Positions 12,482-33,634 of a stretch of DNA of 64,000 nucleotides are shown piece by piece; position 1 is the first letter of the stretch, and every line of letters begins with the position of its first letter. The notes beneath the pieces are model-generated. The model saw only the letters and a program-made list of their open reading frames with translations, did not search any database and had not been told where the DNA came from. This DNA is from Eledone cirrhosa (taxonomy: Eukaryota): contig OZ024747.1 of NCBI GenBank assembly GCA_964016885.1, positions 90,768,001 through 90,832,000 on the forward strand. The letters are read 5' to 3'. Both the position numbers and the translations under genes were made by a program.

Positions 12482-13285
12482 ATAAATTAACGGAGCCATA
12501 GACTCTCGCTCTATATATATATATAAATATATATTAATAAACGGAAAAAATTAAACAAATGAGCAACGATGGTTGCTAGACACTGTACGGCTTAATTCGG
12601 GATGTTTGTTTACAAACACACCGAGCATTATAATAAATGTTCGGTGAATCCATACGTACATATATATATGTGTGCATGTATGTATATATATATATATATA
12701 TATATACATACTACTGTACGTCTGTATACATATATGTATGTACGTATACATACTTATATATATATATTAATATACATTGATTTATATTTATAAACATACA
12801 TATAAATCTATATATATATACATACATACATACACACATACATGCCACTACACATACACACACACACACGCACACGCACACATGCCACTATGTGTATATA
12901 TGTGTGTTGTTTACCTTATTACCATGTGGGAAATATTACAGTTGTGTCTGGGAGACAGCACAATGAAGTTAAAAAAACAGAGTTTCCCCCAGAAGAGTTG
13001 CATGGCTAAATCTAGATGTTATTAACCATCAACATGGATGCATGCAGCTGTTCTTGCTTTTGTCAATGCAAGCATGTTAATTATTCTTATTGTGTCTTCT
13101 CACTAGGTTCATCAAATTCTGTTTGTTGTATTTAGGTAGGTTTTGTTTGTTTGTTTGTGTTTAATGTTGAGAACACTACAGCTGTTGCTGTTGTTGTTGC
13201 TGCTGCTGCTGTTCTTGATGATTGGTGTTTGATGTCCTTTAATTTGTTGTCCAATCCACTTCCATTATATCTATTGGTTTCTTTA

Positions 13286-13474
13286 GGGTGGTGGATTGGC
13301 AGTATCGGTAGAGGGTCGGACGCCATGCTTTCCAGAATAGTTACGTCCCTTTACAATCTGAGTTCAAATCCCGCCGAGGTTGACTTTGCCTTTCATCTTT
13401 ACGGGGTCGATAAAATAAAGTACCAGTAATGTACTCGGTAATTGTTGGCCTTGCGCCAAAAAGTAGAAACAATT
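13286..13474 (+). mobile_element. ~190-nt SINE family copy
   Basis: A box, B box, central domain and 3' end all present. Confidence 0.88.
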
Positions 13475-14303
13475 ATATCTATATACAACACTAATAAAAT
13501 CTAAACTAGATGAATCACTCTCCCCTCTCCCTCTGTGTGTGTGTGTGTGTGTGTGTATATACATATGCACAGACACACAATATATATATACACACACAAA
13601 CACATGATGATAAAATAATAATATATATAATAATATATATTTACATATATGTGTGTGACCATCTTCACCTGTTTTTATATCCAGTTGTGTACACACACAT
13701 ACACACATGTATATATGTGTGACCATTGTCATCATCATCATCACCATATGTGGGGTTTTTTTCATGCTGGCTTTGATTAAACAAGAATTTCTGAAAGCAA
13801 TACTGTGTGGTTGGATGCCCTTCCTGATGTCAACCCTTATTGATGTCAACCCATATATCAGTCTTTATTTTTTTTTTTTAGTATGATACTTATTCCTCTG
13901 ATATTTAACCATTCAACTGCTAAGCTGTTTGTCATATTGTTTATACAGTACAGCATCATGTAATTTTTTAAATGTCAGAGTAAAGACATATGGAGACAAA
14001 CACACACATATATCTATACCTATACATGACAGGCATTTCCGTCAATCAAATTACCTTCATACGGGAATGGTCAGATCGATTCTATAGTAGAAGTCACATG
14101 TCCAATGAAAAGTGGGATCTAACTCAAAATAAAATGGTTACAAAAAGAACTTCTTAACCACACACCCATGCTTGCACCAATAACATATAAACAGCCAGCC
14201 TGTCTACTGGAACATGTGACAGGGTAATTGTGTAATATATATTCCATATATATATACATATATATATTTCATATATATATATATATCATATATATATATA
14301 TAT

Positions 14304-14334
<31 letters not shown>

Positions 14335-14376
14335 TTCATATATATATATATATATTTCATATATATATATATATAT

Positions 14377-14407
<31 letters not shown>

Positions 14408-14497
14408 TTCATATATATATATATATATATTTCATATATATATATATATATATATTTCATATATATATATATATATATTTCATATATATATATATAT

Positions 14498-14708
<211 letters not shown>

Positions 14709-14721
14709 CATATATATACAT

Positions 14722-14756
<35 letters not shown>

Positions 14757-14759
14757 TTC

Positions 14760-14829
<70 letters not shown>

Positions 14830-14898
14830 TTCATATATATATATATACATATATATATTTCATATATATATACTTCATATATATATATATATTATACA

Positions 14899-14932
<34 letters not shown>

Positions 14933-15026
14933 CATATATATATATATTTCATATATATATATATATTTCATATATATATATATATTTCATATATATATAT
15001 ATATTTCATATATATATATATATTTC

Positions 15027-15057
<31 letters not shown>

Positions 15058-15060
15058 CTT

Positions 15061-15107
<47 letters not shown>

Positions 15108-15188
15108 TTCACATATATATATATATATATATATATATCATATATATATATATATATATATATATCATATATATATATATATATATAT

Positions 15189-15264
<76 letters not shown>

Positions 15265-15316
15265 TATATATATATATATATATATACATATTTCATATAT
15301 ATATATATTTCATATA

Positions 15317-15373
<57 letters not shown>

Positions 15374-15381
15374 TTCATATA

Positions 15382-15440
<59 letters not shown>

Positions 15441-15448
15441 TTCATATA

Positions 15449-15501
<53 letters not shown>

Positions 15502-15509
15502 TTCATATA

Positions 15510-15562
<53 letters not shown>

Positions 15563-15570
15563 TTCATATA

Positions 15571-15642
<72 letters not shown>

Positions 15643-15655
15643 TTCATATATATAT

Positions 15656-15800
<145 letters not shown>

Positions 15801-15863
15801 CATATATATATATATATATATTTCATATATATATATATATATATTTCATATATATATATATAT

Positions 15864-16272
15864 ATAAAATATTAAACAAATAATGAACAAACAATTCCTT
15901 ATATTAAACAAAAAAAGTTCACTATTTAACGATCGTTTCTAGGGTATATATGTGTTATAATTGGTATGCATATTCAACAGATCTATGTACAAAATTATAC
16001 AAAATTATACAAATTATCAAGATTAAATATACATACCTAACACATATATACGCCGTCTTCAGAAATATTATTTCTGAAGACGGCGTATATATGTGTTAGG
16101 TATGTATATTTAATCTTGATAATTTGTATAATTTTGTATAATTTTGTACATAGATCTGTTGAATATGCATACCAATTATAACACATATATACCCTAGAAA
16201 CGATCGTTAAATAGTGAACTTTTTTTGTTTAATATAAGGAATTGTTTGTTCATTATTTGTTTAATATTTTAT
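15864..16272. repeat. Perfect inverted repeat with 203-bp arms and a 3-nt spacer
   Basis: 15864-16066 is the reverse complement of 16070-16272, with no mismatch seen by eye. Confidence 0.93.
16067..16215 (+). ncRNA. Type I hammerhead ribozyme motif with a very long stem II (mirrored on the minus strand in the left arm of the palindrome)
   Basis: attattt-CTGAAGA (16074-16080), ~115-nt hairpin (tatatatgtgtta/taacacatatata, ggtatg/catacc), GAAA (16197-16200)-cgatcg-TT-aaatagt. The base of stem II has mismatches. Confidence 0.6.
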
Positions 16273-16422
16273 CTTGACTCTGTATACCGTTTATCTTTCA
16301 CCGAAAGTGGATTTTCATTACATCTCTTCTTTCCATGATATCCGGAATACATTGAGTTCTTCATACGGATTGGACACTACCGTAAACTCTTGGTAGATTT
16401 ATCTACATATATATATATATAT

Positions 16423-16468
<46 letters not shown>

Positions 16469-16521
16469 TATACATATATATATATACATATATATATATA
16501 CATATATATATATACATATAT

Positions 16522-16603
<82 letters not shown>

Positions 16604-16757
16604 TATCATATATATATATATCATATATATATATATATATATATCATATATATATATATCATATATATATATATATATATCATATATATATCATATATAT
16701 ATATATCATATATATATATATATATATCATATATATATATATCATATATATATATAT

Positions 16758-17146
<389 letters not shown>

Positions 17147-17182
17147 TATATATATATATATATATGATATATATATATATAT

Positions 17183-17350
<168 letters not shown>

Positions 17351-17430
17351 TATAATATATATATATCATATATATATATATATATATCATATATATATAT
17401 ATCATATATATATATATCATATATATATAT

Positions 17431-17573
<143 letters not shown>

Positions 17574-17613
17574 CATATATATATATATATCATATATATA
17601 TATATATCATATA

Positions 17614-17696
<83 letters not shown>

Positions 17697-17772
17697 CATA
17701 TATATATATACATATATATATATAATACATATATATATACATATATATATATACATATATATATTATACATA

Positions 17773-17806
<34 letters not shown>

Positions 17807-17809
17807 CAC

Positions 17810-17895
<86 letters not shown>

Positions 17896-17899
17896 CATA

Positions 17900-17935
<36 letters not shown>

Positions 17936-18004
17936 CACATATATATATATATATATATCCATATATATATCATATATATATATATATTTCATATATATAT
18001 ATAC

Positions 18005-18035
<31 letters not shown>

Positions 18036-18044
18036 CATATATAT

Positions 18045-18075
<31 letters not shown>

Positions 18076-18088
18076 TACATATATATAC

Positions 18089-18137
<49 letters not shown>

Positions 18138-18152
18138 CATATATATATATAC

Positions 18153-18187
<35 letters not shown>

Positions 18188-18586
18188 AATATATATATAT
18201 ACATATATATATATCATATATATATACATATATATATATATCATATATATATATATCATATATATATATATATCATATATATATACATATCATATATATA
18301 CATATAATATATACATATCATATATATATACATATATATATATCATATATATATATATATCATATATATATATCATATCATATATATATAAATATATATA
18401 TATATATATCATATATATATACATATCATATATATATATCATATATATATATATATATATCATATATATATATACATATCATATATATATACATATCATA
18501 TATATATATATATATATCATATATATATATCATATATATATATCATATATATATATATATCATATATATATAATATATATATATAT

Positions 18587-18724
<138 letters not shown>

Positions 18725-18733
18725 TATATATAT

Positions 18734-18963
<230 letters not shown>

Positions 18964-18965
18964 TA

Positions 18966-19037
<72 letters not shown>

Positions 19038-19237
19038 NNNNNNNNNNNNNNNNNNNNNNNNNNNNNNNNNNNNNNNNNNNNNNNNNNNNNNNNNNNNNNN
19101 NNNNNNNNNNNNNNNNNNNNNNNNNNNNNNNNNNNNNNNNNNNNNNNNNNNNNNNNNNNNNNNNNNNNNNNNNNNNNNNNNNNNNNNNNNNNNNNNNNNN
19201 NNNNNNNNNNNNNNNNNNNNNNNNNNNNNNNNNNNNN
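19038..19237. other. Assembly gap (200 N)
   Basis: Run of N; the round size suggests a scaffolding placeholder. Confidence 0.99.
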
Positions 19238-19877
19238 TGTATATGTTTTTTCCTTTAATATAATTTCATCTGATGATTTTGTTGTAAGGAGAGAAATACT
19301 GAAACAACATACACCGCTTTCATCGTAACACATGCTCTATACATGGAGATGATTTCTTGCAGCCAGCACCAAGCTAACGGCGTACTAAATCAACTAAACA
19401 AGCAGTATGAACTAGTAATTCACCACAGACTGATCCATACAGCCAGCAGTCGTCAGACACTAGCAGAATTCGCTTGAAACTCTTATCAGACGAGTAATTA
19501 TAGAAGAACAAGAACAAAAGCAGACAAACTATTTTGCAACACGTTTTCTTTCATTACTGATAGATAGATAGATAGATAGATAGATAGAACCGAATGGAAG
19601 ATGATTGTGTAGGATACTTCAAAGGGAGTCAGGATGGGGTGGGGATAGAATTAATTATCTACAGATCGTATGCGACATAGACGTTTCCGGAGCAGACAGC
19701 TAACAAGGAATGCATAAGGAACACATCTATCTGAACACATATTTCAGACGTGTAGGTGGTTATTTAGTACCACAAGGAAACCGACCTGTGCTAAAGTCGG
19801 TAAAGTAAAAGAAAAAGAAACTAAACATAAAACTACTTTTTTCCCCTTTTTCTTTTCGAATTAGTATACAGTATGTG

Positions 19878-19916
<39 letters not shown>

Positions 19917-20144
19917 CATACAGTATGTGTATATATATATTATATGTCAATACCTTTTAAATATATATATATATATTATATATATATATATATATATATG
20001 TAGTAGTTGTATTTAATTTGTTGGAATTCCGACAAATATAGTTTCCATTTATTATTATCTTGGTATATATATATACATGTCAATACCTTTTAAATATATG
20101 TATATATATTTATATATGCCAATACCTTTTATTTATGTATACAT

Positions 20145-20179
<35 letters not shown>

Positions 20180-20709
20180 AAGGGTATTGACATTAACCAC
20201 CATTGACGCATATACATACATACATATACACATACGAACATTTACATGAACACAGGCTGGAGCCGGATTATATACAAATATACACATACATAACATACCT
20301 TGTTAGTTGAAATGTCTTATGCGTTGGTGGATTATGTTGGTGTTTAGAAGACTGGAATGTACACTTATTACCCCCCTCCCATCTCTAAAAAATTAGAAAT
20401 GGTGCCACTAGACGACCTGACATGCTTGTGCATACAGACACAATATATACACACACACAAATATATATATACATATATATACACACAGACACACACATAT
20501 ATAGTGACATGTTAAATTACAGCAAAGTAAGGTATATACATACACTACAAGAGACAACAGGTTCAAGTATCGATCAAGGCATAGAATATTTCTGTACGAG
20601 AATTGTACCCTAATAGGAACGACCCTTCTGAGATATTCCAGTAATTTCTATCCCCGTAAATGAATAGCTAGCTAAAAGTAAATATAAATAATCATGTAGC
20701 GAGAAGGTA

Positions 20710-20754
<45 letters not shown>

Positions 20755-21165
20755 GGAGAAGATAGAGAGACCGAGAAGAGAGAGAAAAGTAATGTAGATG
20801 AAAAGGACAGACAAGGAGAAAGAGCAGTAGTATAATATATAGAGAGAGATCTCTCTTTTTTTCTGTTTCTTTTTTCTTTTTTGATTTCAAGCAAGGCATA
20901 AGGCCAGGCCGATGGACAATTTAGGGCGAACCAATTCCGAGAGACTGCACCGAGATAACACAATGCATAGGAATGAGAGAGAAAATTAAACATAGTAAGC
21001 ATTAAAAACAACAAACAACTGTGGAAAAGAAAAAAAAAGTAAAATGTACAGAAGAAAGGAAAGAAAAGGGAAGGGATGTAAAGAAGAAGGAGAAGAAGAG
21101 GAGTAAAAAAAGGGAAGGGAAAGGGGCGAGCGAACGAAAAGTATGATATGGAAATGTATAAACAC

Positions 21166-21201
21166 CTACGTTCTGCTGCTCCCTTAATTTCATTCTTCAA
21201 C
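21166..21201 (-). other. Candidate 36-nt host exon
   Basis: Minus strand: catttccatgcAG | gttgaag...cgtag | GTgttt. One open frame (LKNEIKGAAER). The donor is weak. Confidence 0.25.
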
Positions 21202-21887
21202 CTGCATGGAAATGTTCAGCAAGCAACCGGGCCGACTGGCTGGCTGACATGTATACAAGGTTCTAGACATACAGGTGGGTAAGACTAGGGAGGGCGATGG
21301 TAACAAGCAGCAGCAGAGACGACGGCGACGGCAGCCACGGCAGAATAGAGAGAGAGAGAGAAGAAGAACAGAAACAGAGAAGAAGAACAGAGAGAGAAGA
21401 GGGAATGAGAGAGGGAAGAGGAGGGGGAGGACGGATCAAGGGAACTGGGACGGACGTACAGACACACAAACACACAGACACGCATATGTACATACAGACA
21501 GACACATACATACATACACACACAGACTGGCAGTGCGCAGCTAGACATATATAAATGTGTGTGTTCGTATGTGTATATGTGTTGTATACGAAACGGTGGA
21601 TTTCTGTTGTGTGTGTTTAGCTGAACACATTTCTGTTGTGTGAACACACACACACATATTATATATAATATATATATATGTATATATACATGTAATGTCG
21701 TAATCATAACTGCATGCATATTACATCCTCACACACATACGTGTGTATATGTATATCACACACACATATATATATTAACGAATGCCTATACATCCATATG
21801 TACTGTGGTAATCAAAACTGCATATTATATATATAACGAATGCTTATACATCCATATGAACTGCCGTAATAAAAAAAAATGCATGTG

Positions 21888-26380
<4,493 letters not shown>

Positions 26381-26759
26381 ACTCTTTCATTATTTGCTAA
26401 ACCTGATTATATATATATATATATATATATATAGTGTAGTGAATTTCGGCGAGAGAGAAAGATGGACAAGGTTTCGGTTGTGTAATTGTGTACGTGTCTG
26501 TATAGTTTTCTGTTTGAACCTCTATGGGTTTCTGTTGTAAGCTTTTTCTGAATGTATGTATGTATGTATACGGTTGAAGTGATTTTTGCTCTCGCATAAA
26601 TGTAATAAATCTGTTGTTTTGTGTATATAATATAAGGTGTAAGTGCATGTATGTCAAGGCAGATTGCAAACGCAGTGCATGTATATATATATATAGAGAG
26701 AGAGAGGGAATGAGAAAGACATAGACATGTGTAGAGAAAGATGTGTGTGTGTGTATATG

Positions 26760-26791
<32 letters not shown>

Positions 26792-26943
26792 TAGACATGT
26801 GTAAAGAAAGATGTATGTGTATATATATATAAACAGAGGCAAAAAGAGAGCGGTGTGTGAATGTATATAAATATATTCACATGTACATATTTATACACTC
26901 ACACATATTTATATATACGCACGCATACATACACACACACACA

Positions 26944-26987
<44 letters not shown>

Positions 26988-27271
26988 ATTATATATATAT
27001 ATAATATATATATACATATATATATATATATACAGATCGATGGATAAATAAGTGTTTGTATGTTTGTGTATGCTTAACTCGATAAAGTGTTATAATCTTG
27101 ATCGTGTACGTAACATAGTTATATACATAGATATTATGTATGCAATAACGATTACGACAGTAGATGGTGTATATATATATATATATATATATATTATATT
27201 TATACATAATATATATAAACACACGTATATATATATATAATATTTATACATAATATATATAAACACACACG

Positions 27272-27367
<96 letters not shown>

Positions 27368-27799
27368 ACTGTGTTTGTACGTAAATAAGGTGTGTGAGGT
27401 GGCGGAGATGATTAGAGAAGAGTGTAATAAGATGAACAGACACATGCATATAGACGTAATGAGAGTGAAAGGGAAACCCGTCCATTATCATAGACAACGG
27501 ATCCGGGATGAAAACTGTGTATGTGCGTTAGTTTGTCTGTGTATATACGAATATATATAGACATGTCAATGTGGTGTATGTGTATATGAATGTATATAAA
27601 CATGTCAATGTGGTGTATGTGTATATGAATATATATAGACATGTCGGTGTGGTGTATGTATGTGTGTATATACATATATGTGTCTGTGTGTATATATATT
27701 CATATATATAGACATGTCGGTGTGGTATATATATATATATATGTATGTGTATAAAGAAAAAGGGAGAGAAACTAACATATATATAACTGACATATATAT

Positions 27800-27902
27800 A
27801 ATTGTTTCTATTTTAGGCACAAGGCCAGCAAATACCCAGTACATTACTGGTACTTTATTTTATCGACCCCGTAAGGATGAAAGGCAAAGTAATGAAATGT
27901 AT

Positions 27903-27971
<69 letters not shown>

Positions 27972-28104
27972 TATATAGGAGGTATATAATTGTTTCTACT
28001 TTAGGCACAAGGCCAGCAAATACCCAGTACATTACTGGTACTTTATTTTATCGACCCCGTAAGGATGAAAGGCAAAGTTAACCTCGGCGGGATTTGAACT
28101 CAGA
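27800..28104 (-). mobile_element. Two partial ~190-nt SINE copies (27800-27890 and 27988-28104) separated by (TA)n
   Basis: Near-identical 3' halves, both followed by aatgaaatgtat, which suggests a local duplication. Confidence 0.82.
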
Positions 28105-28374
28105 CCTCGGATATAATGAAATGTATATGTGTGTATATATATATATGACATGTCAGTCTCTCTACCTTTTACTTTCTCTCTATCAATGGGTGTGTGTGTG
28201 TGTTTATGTTTTTGACTGTATTATCGTGTGGGGGAGGTGTCTGCGAGACTTGTGTCTATATGCGGATGCCATTGTCTACATGTATGTGTGTGTTTATGTA
28301 GATGTCGGTGTTTGTGTATATGGGTGTGTGTGTCTTTATGGATGTAAATGTCCATGTGTGTATGTGTGTAGATG

Positions 28375-29125
28375 TGTATGTAGATGCCAGTGTATGTATA
28401 TCTATATATATATATATATGTATATCTATATATATATGTGTGTGTGTGTGTGCGTGTAAACGTCAGTGAATGTGTATATATATATGTGTGTGTGTGTAAA
28501 CGTTAGCGTTTATGTATATATGTGTGGATGTGTGAATGTGGACATCAATATATATATGTGCGTGTGTGGACGCCAGTGTCTCTGTATATGCGTGTGTGGA
28601 CGTCAGTGTATGTGTAGATGTGTGAATAGTCGTCAGTGGATGCGTAAATGTAGACATCAATATATATGTGCGTGTGTGGACGCCAGTGTGTCTGTGTGTG
28701 TGTGTGTGTGTGGACGCCAGTGTGTGTGTATTTGTGTGTGGACGCCAGTGTGTCTGTATGTGCGTGTGGACATCAGTGTGTCTGTATATGTATGTGTGGA
28801 CGTTTGTGTATATATGTGTGTGGATGTCAATGTCTCTGTGGATGTGTGTGTAGACGCCAGTGTGTATGTGTTAGTGGACGTCAGTGTGTATATATGCGTG
28901 TGTGTAGACGTCGGTGTATATGTGTGTCAGTGGACGTCGGTGTCTCTGTAATATGTAATATGTACATGTGGACATTAGTGTCTATATCTGTGTGTGTGTG
29001 GACGGTAGTGTCTCTGTATGTGTGTATGGGCATTAGTGTCTCTGGATAGTGTCTATATATATATATGTGGATATCATTGTCTATAAGTGTGTATGGACGT
29101 CAGTGTATGTTTGTGGACGTCAGTG
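28375..29125. repeat. Degenerate minisatellite, ~26-30-nt unit (gtgtggacgccagtgtgtctgtatgtgc)
   Basis: About 25 recurrences of ggacgccagtg/ggacgtcagtg and variants within (GT)n-like spacers. Confidence 0.85.
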
Positions 29126-30857
29126 TATGTGTGTATACGTAAGTTTGTATAGGGTGTCATTCAGTGTCTATGTTTTGGGCAACGTCTTATCCATGTTTAC
29201 GCGTGCGATCATGTATGTGTATGTAATATATTTACTGTAGTATGTCACTGGTATTTTCTTATTTTAGCCCCAAGCCAACCCTGATAGAGCAGATCTACAA
29301 GATCAAAAGCCTTCCAGCATAATGTGTCTAGAATTACATAATTCAATGTATCCTCCCTTCATTTGAGCTATTTAGCTGCTATTTCTAGCAGGTCAAACGA
29401 CCTTGAGGAGATTCCTTCGCTGGTTCGTGTGTGTGCATGTACGCTTGCCCGAGCTACTGTATGGGTATATATGATAATGAATGTTTCATATATGTGTCCC
29501 TTTGTGAGCTATATATATATGTGTGTGTATATGTGTGTCAGATTTTATCTGTAGGTGGAAATGGGTCTAGGTGGATATATTTGTGTGTGCAAGCGTAATT
29601 GTATGTCAATGTGTCTGTCTATGCCTTTCTGCATATCAGTTATGTGTATGTGTGTGCGTGTCTAGTCAGTTGGCAGTGTGTGTGTGTATGTACGCGTGGC
29701 TATGTATTTGCCTTTACATGCCTATGTGTCTGTATAGACGGCGGGTCTATTCTGCATGCAGAGAGCTGTCAGTCTGTCGCTTGAACATGCCTTTATGTAC
29801 GTGTGAGTGCTTCTGGGAGAGGTGTCTGTTTGTATTTTTATTGCGCATTTACTCGTACATATCTGTGAAAAGTGTATATGCCCCTGTATGTATAAATTTG
29901 TTTGTGGTATGTTTGTTTTCCTATACATTCCTTTATATGTGAGTGTCTGTGAAAGATGTATACCTGTATGATATACATGTGAGCGTGTAGACCGTGGGAA
30001 ATATTGCCTGCAGTCGTGGTGAGGGCGGCTATGTTGTTAATAGTGAGACATCGGCGGTGCTAGACAAAATGATGGCAACGGTGTCGACAACAACCTGTAG
30101 CAGCCACTGCAGCAACTCCTGGTATTCAGACATATGCAGTGAAGAGTATTTACGCGTATGGCGCCCCACTTACATATGTACCGGAGACAATGCCGATATA
30201 AAGGGCAGCAGTTGGGCAGCTATGGATGGCAATGAGATTCAGTCGACAATCACATACAACTATCTCATATAAATATGTATATACACACACCCATATATAT
30301 ATAAACATATATATATATACACATATACATATATATATATATATATACCCATACACACATATATATATATATATATACCCATACATATATATATATATCC
30401 ATACACACCCATATATATATATATATATGTATGTGCGTACATACACGTATATATATATATAGGTATGTATGTGTGTGTCTATGTAGACGTGTGATTACAA
30501 GAGGTCGATGACCCGATTTGCATTCCCGACTGAAGGCATTTAGCGCTTACGCAACTATATTTAGGGGATTAGAACCAAAACCAGAAGGCCCTTTTTCTAC
30601 CGTCTTCTACAAATAATCAAATGCCTTTCGGGTATAGAAAATATTTCATATTCTAAATTTATCTATGGATTTAACTAGACGGATAGAGAGAAAAGATATA
30701 TACAGTTGACTCATGGTCACACTCTGCTTATGGTTGCGCTTTGAAAAACACCAGTCTAGCATTATCCGAAGAAGTCTATCTACTATGTGTGTGTGTATAT
30801 ATTCCTCTATGTATATATATGCGTGTGTATTCCTGAGTATATATATATATATATATA

Positions 30858-31033
30858 AGTTTATCCCGGGTTCAATCGGGGGTAACCACAGTAAGTAAGG
30901 TACTCAATACAAAGCAGAGTATAAATATTTAATATAGAAAAGGTTTCTACAGAACTAGAACTGTTTCATTCGCGAGAAATCATCATTTCTGCCGAATGAA
31001 ACAGTTCTAGTCCTGTAGAAGCCTTTTCTATAT

Positions 31034-31040
<7 letters not shown>
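30858..31040 (-). mobile_element. Putative PLE pseudo-LTR remnant, family B, with a partial inverted copy
   Basis: Unit tgatgatttc...aatGAAACagttctaGTCctgtagaa...tattgagtacctt...ggttacccccgattgaacccggga. Other copies at 33381-33451, 33714-33784, 35498-35690 and 48845-48880. Confidence 0.55.
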
Positions 31041-31069
<29 letters not shown>

Positions 31070-31653
31070 TGTGCGTGTCAGCAGGTTTGAAAAGTGTGTG
31101 TAGCTGGAACATACAAGAAAGAAAGAACATCTCTCACTCTTTCTCTCTCTCCCTTCTCTTTGATGTACTTCATAATATTGTTGGAAGGATCACAGCTACA
31201 TATAATGCGTGTGTGATAATGTGAAAATGATTTATTTATCTCTATATACATGTATATCTGCCTTTGTTTATATATTTATATATATGTGTGTGTGTGAGTT
31301 GTGTACATATATATCTATGCACTTGTAGGTGTGTGTGTGTATGTATGTATACGTGTATATACAAACATGTCACGCTTGCTCACCGATACGAAGGGATCTT
31401 GCTCATTAATTCGACCCCATAACTAGTTTTTTTTTTTTTTTTTTCGGTCCTTTTTTATCGAACATAAACAATAAATGTAAACATACATAAATATATATTT
31501 GGTAGGTTTCTGCACAGTTTATGTCTCCCAATTGTCTTTTACAAGGCATTGGTCAACATAAAGCAATAATAGAAAACATATATGTCAGACATGCCACGCT
31601 GTGAGACTGAACTCGCAACCACATGTTGTGAACCGTAACTCCTTTACCACACA

Positions 31654-31915
31654 GTGTGGCTTTGTGGTGAGTTCAATTCCTGGCGGCGCATTGTTCCCTT
31701 GAGCAAGACACTTTATTCATGTTGCTCTAGTCCCCATTCAGCTGGCAAAAACGAGCTGTACCCGTAATTCGAAGGGCCAGACTTGTCACATTATGTGTCT
31801 CGCTAAATCTCCCTGAGAACTAAGTTAAGGGTACACGTTACTGTAGAATTCTCGACCACTTGCATGTTAATTTCACGAGCAAACTAGACTGTTCCGTAAC
31901 CGATGAAGTGTCAGT
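31654..31915 (+). mobile_element. Older tRNA/CORE-like SINE with a different 3' part (related copies at ~57150-57698 minus and 62372-62480 plus)
   Basis: B box gagttcaattcc and ccttgagcaagacacttta; divergent downstream sequence shared with the 57150-57698 copy. Confidence 0.65.
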
Positions 31916-32075
31916 TATATGTATGTGCGCGCGCGTGAATATATATATATATATATAAACGTGTGTGCAACTATGTATAACACCTGTTGGTGACATTGGG
32001 GGCGCTGTCGTTACCTGCAGCGTTTCTTTGGCCACTTTTTAAAAATCCTACCCCCCACCCTCTCTCTCTCTCTCC

Positions 32076-32109
<34 letters not shown>

Positions 32110-32817
32110 GAAATACCAATGAAAGTTGGAAGATCACTGATGAAGGACTAATTTTATTCATATATATATATATAAGTAGACAACACAATATAACTACTCT
32201 ATTACCAAAGGTTTCAGGACCCTAGACGATATTAACACGCCCCACACACATACATATATCGATACATACACATATATATATATATATGTGTGTGTCGATA
32301 TATATATATATAGGCTCCATACACTCGTGGTTTTCCCTGTTTTATTGATGGCACACTATCTCTCTCTAGTGTGTTACCTTTTCAACATATTGTATTTTAA
32401 AGAGTTCAGGATTCCTTTGCCTTTGAGCACATTATTGACAGGGAATAACGAGAGTCTATGGCTCCGTTAATTTATCGTGATATATATATATACAAAGGGA
32501 AAGAGGGAGAGAGTGTGTATGGTGTGTATTTTGTAATAAACCTATATATGAATGATTTAAAATTGTAACGTACATTTTTGGTATACGAAAGATACGAACT
32601 CATGCTAATATATTTGATTTTACAGTTGATTTATTTAATACAACGATGTTTCAATCTCTACAAAATGTTCACCGCTATGGGATTAAGACAGAGACGAGAT
32701 ACATAGAGATCCCGCAGTGAGACATAAGAAAAAAGCCCAGTAGAGATTCGAACTGGTACTGATATTCGTATAAACACATATATATGTATGCGCTTAAGCC
32801 CAATGGTAAATCCGACA

Positions 32818-32868
<51 letters not shown>

Positions 32869-32871
<3 letters not shown>

Positions 32872-33027
32872 TGTCAGGTTTACCATTGGGCTTAAGCACA
32901 GGGACCCGTTGGCCATGAAGAGGGTCAACCTTTCTGCTAAACAAATCTTATACGATAAATTTTTCAAATGTTTAGGGCCTCATAAGTTAAGTAGCACAGG
33001 GCCTCATTTGTCCCAAATCCGGCACTG
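32869..33027. mobile_element. Small MITE with CAGTG termini
   Basis: cagtgtcaggttt at left and aaatccggcactg at right; both ends abut TA. Confidence 0.65.
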
Positions 33028-33041
33028 TATTCATACATACG

Positions 33042-33101
<60 letters not shown>

Positions 33102-33574
33102 GTTTTAATTGACCCTTGCGTAATCCGTAACATCTATTCCGAAAACGTGATGTGCAGCAAATCACTTATATTAAAGGTATTAAAAAAAAGGCAGGAATAC
33201 TTTCTTAACTTGAAAAGGATGTGAACTTGTACCGACATGTTTAATTTTGTGGCTAGTTAAGTTGAGTACTCACGTACAATGTTTAACGTCATTGTTTACC
33301 AAGCGAATGCACTATACATATGTGTATGTATATATATATGTGTGTGTATATATGTGTGTGTGTGTATATATATATATATATAATGTTTACACTCTACTAA
33401 TGTATTGAGTACCTTATTTGCTGTGGTTACCCCCGATTGAACCCGGGACTCATATATATGTGTGTGTGCAAATAAAATATATCTACATATATATTTAAAT
33501 ATAAACAAACTCACACACACACATATATATATATAAAATATATCTACATATATATTTAAATATAAACAAACTCT

Positions 33575-33634
<60 letters not shown>

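Noticed and set aside
28375-29125. Regularly spaced repeats resembling a CRISPR array, and Cys/Val-rich ORFs
   Set aside because: Spacers are low-complexity GT repeats, units are degenerate, there are no cas genes and the context is eukaryotic.
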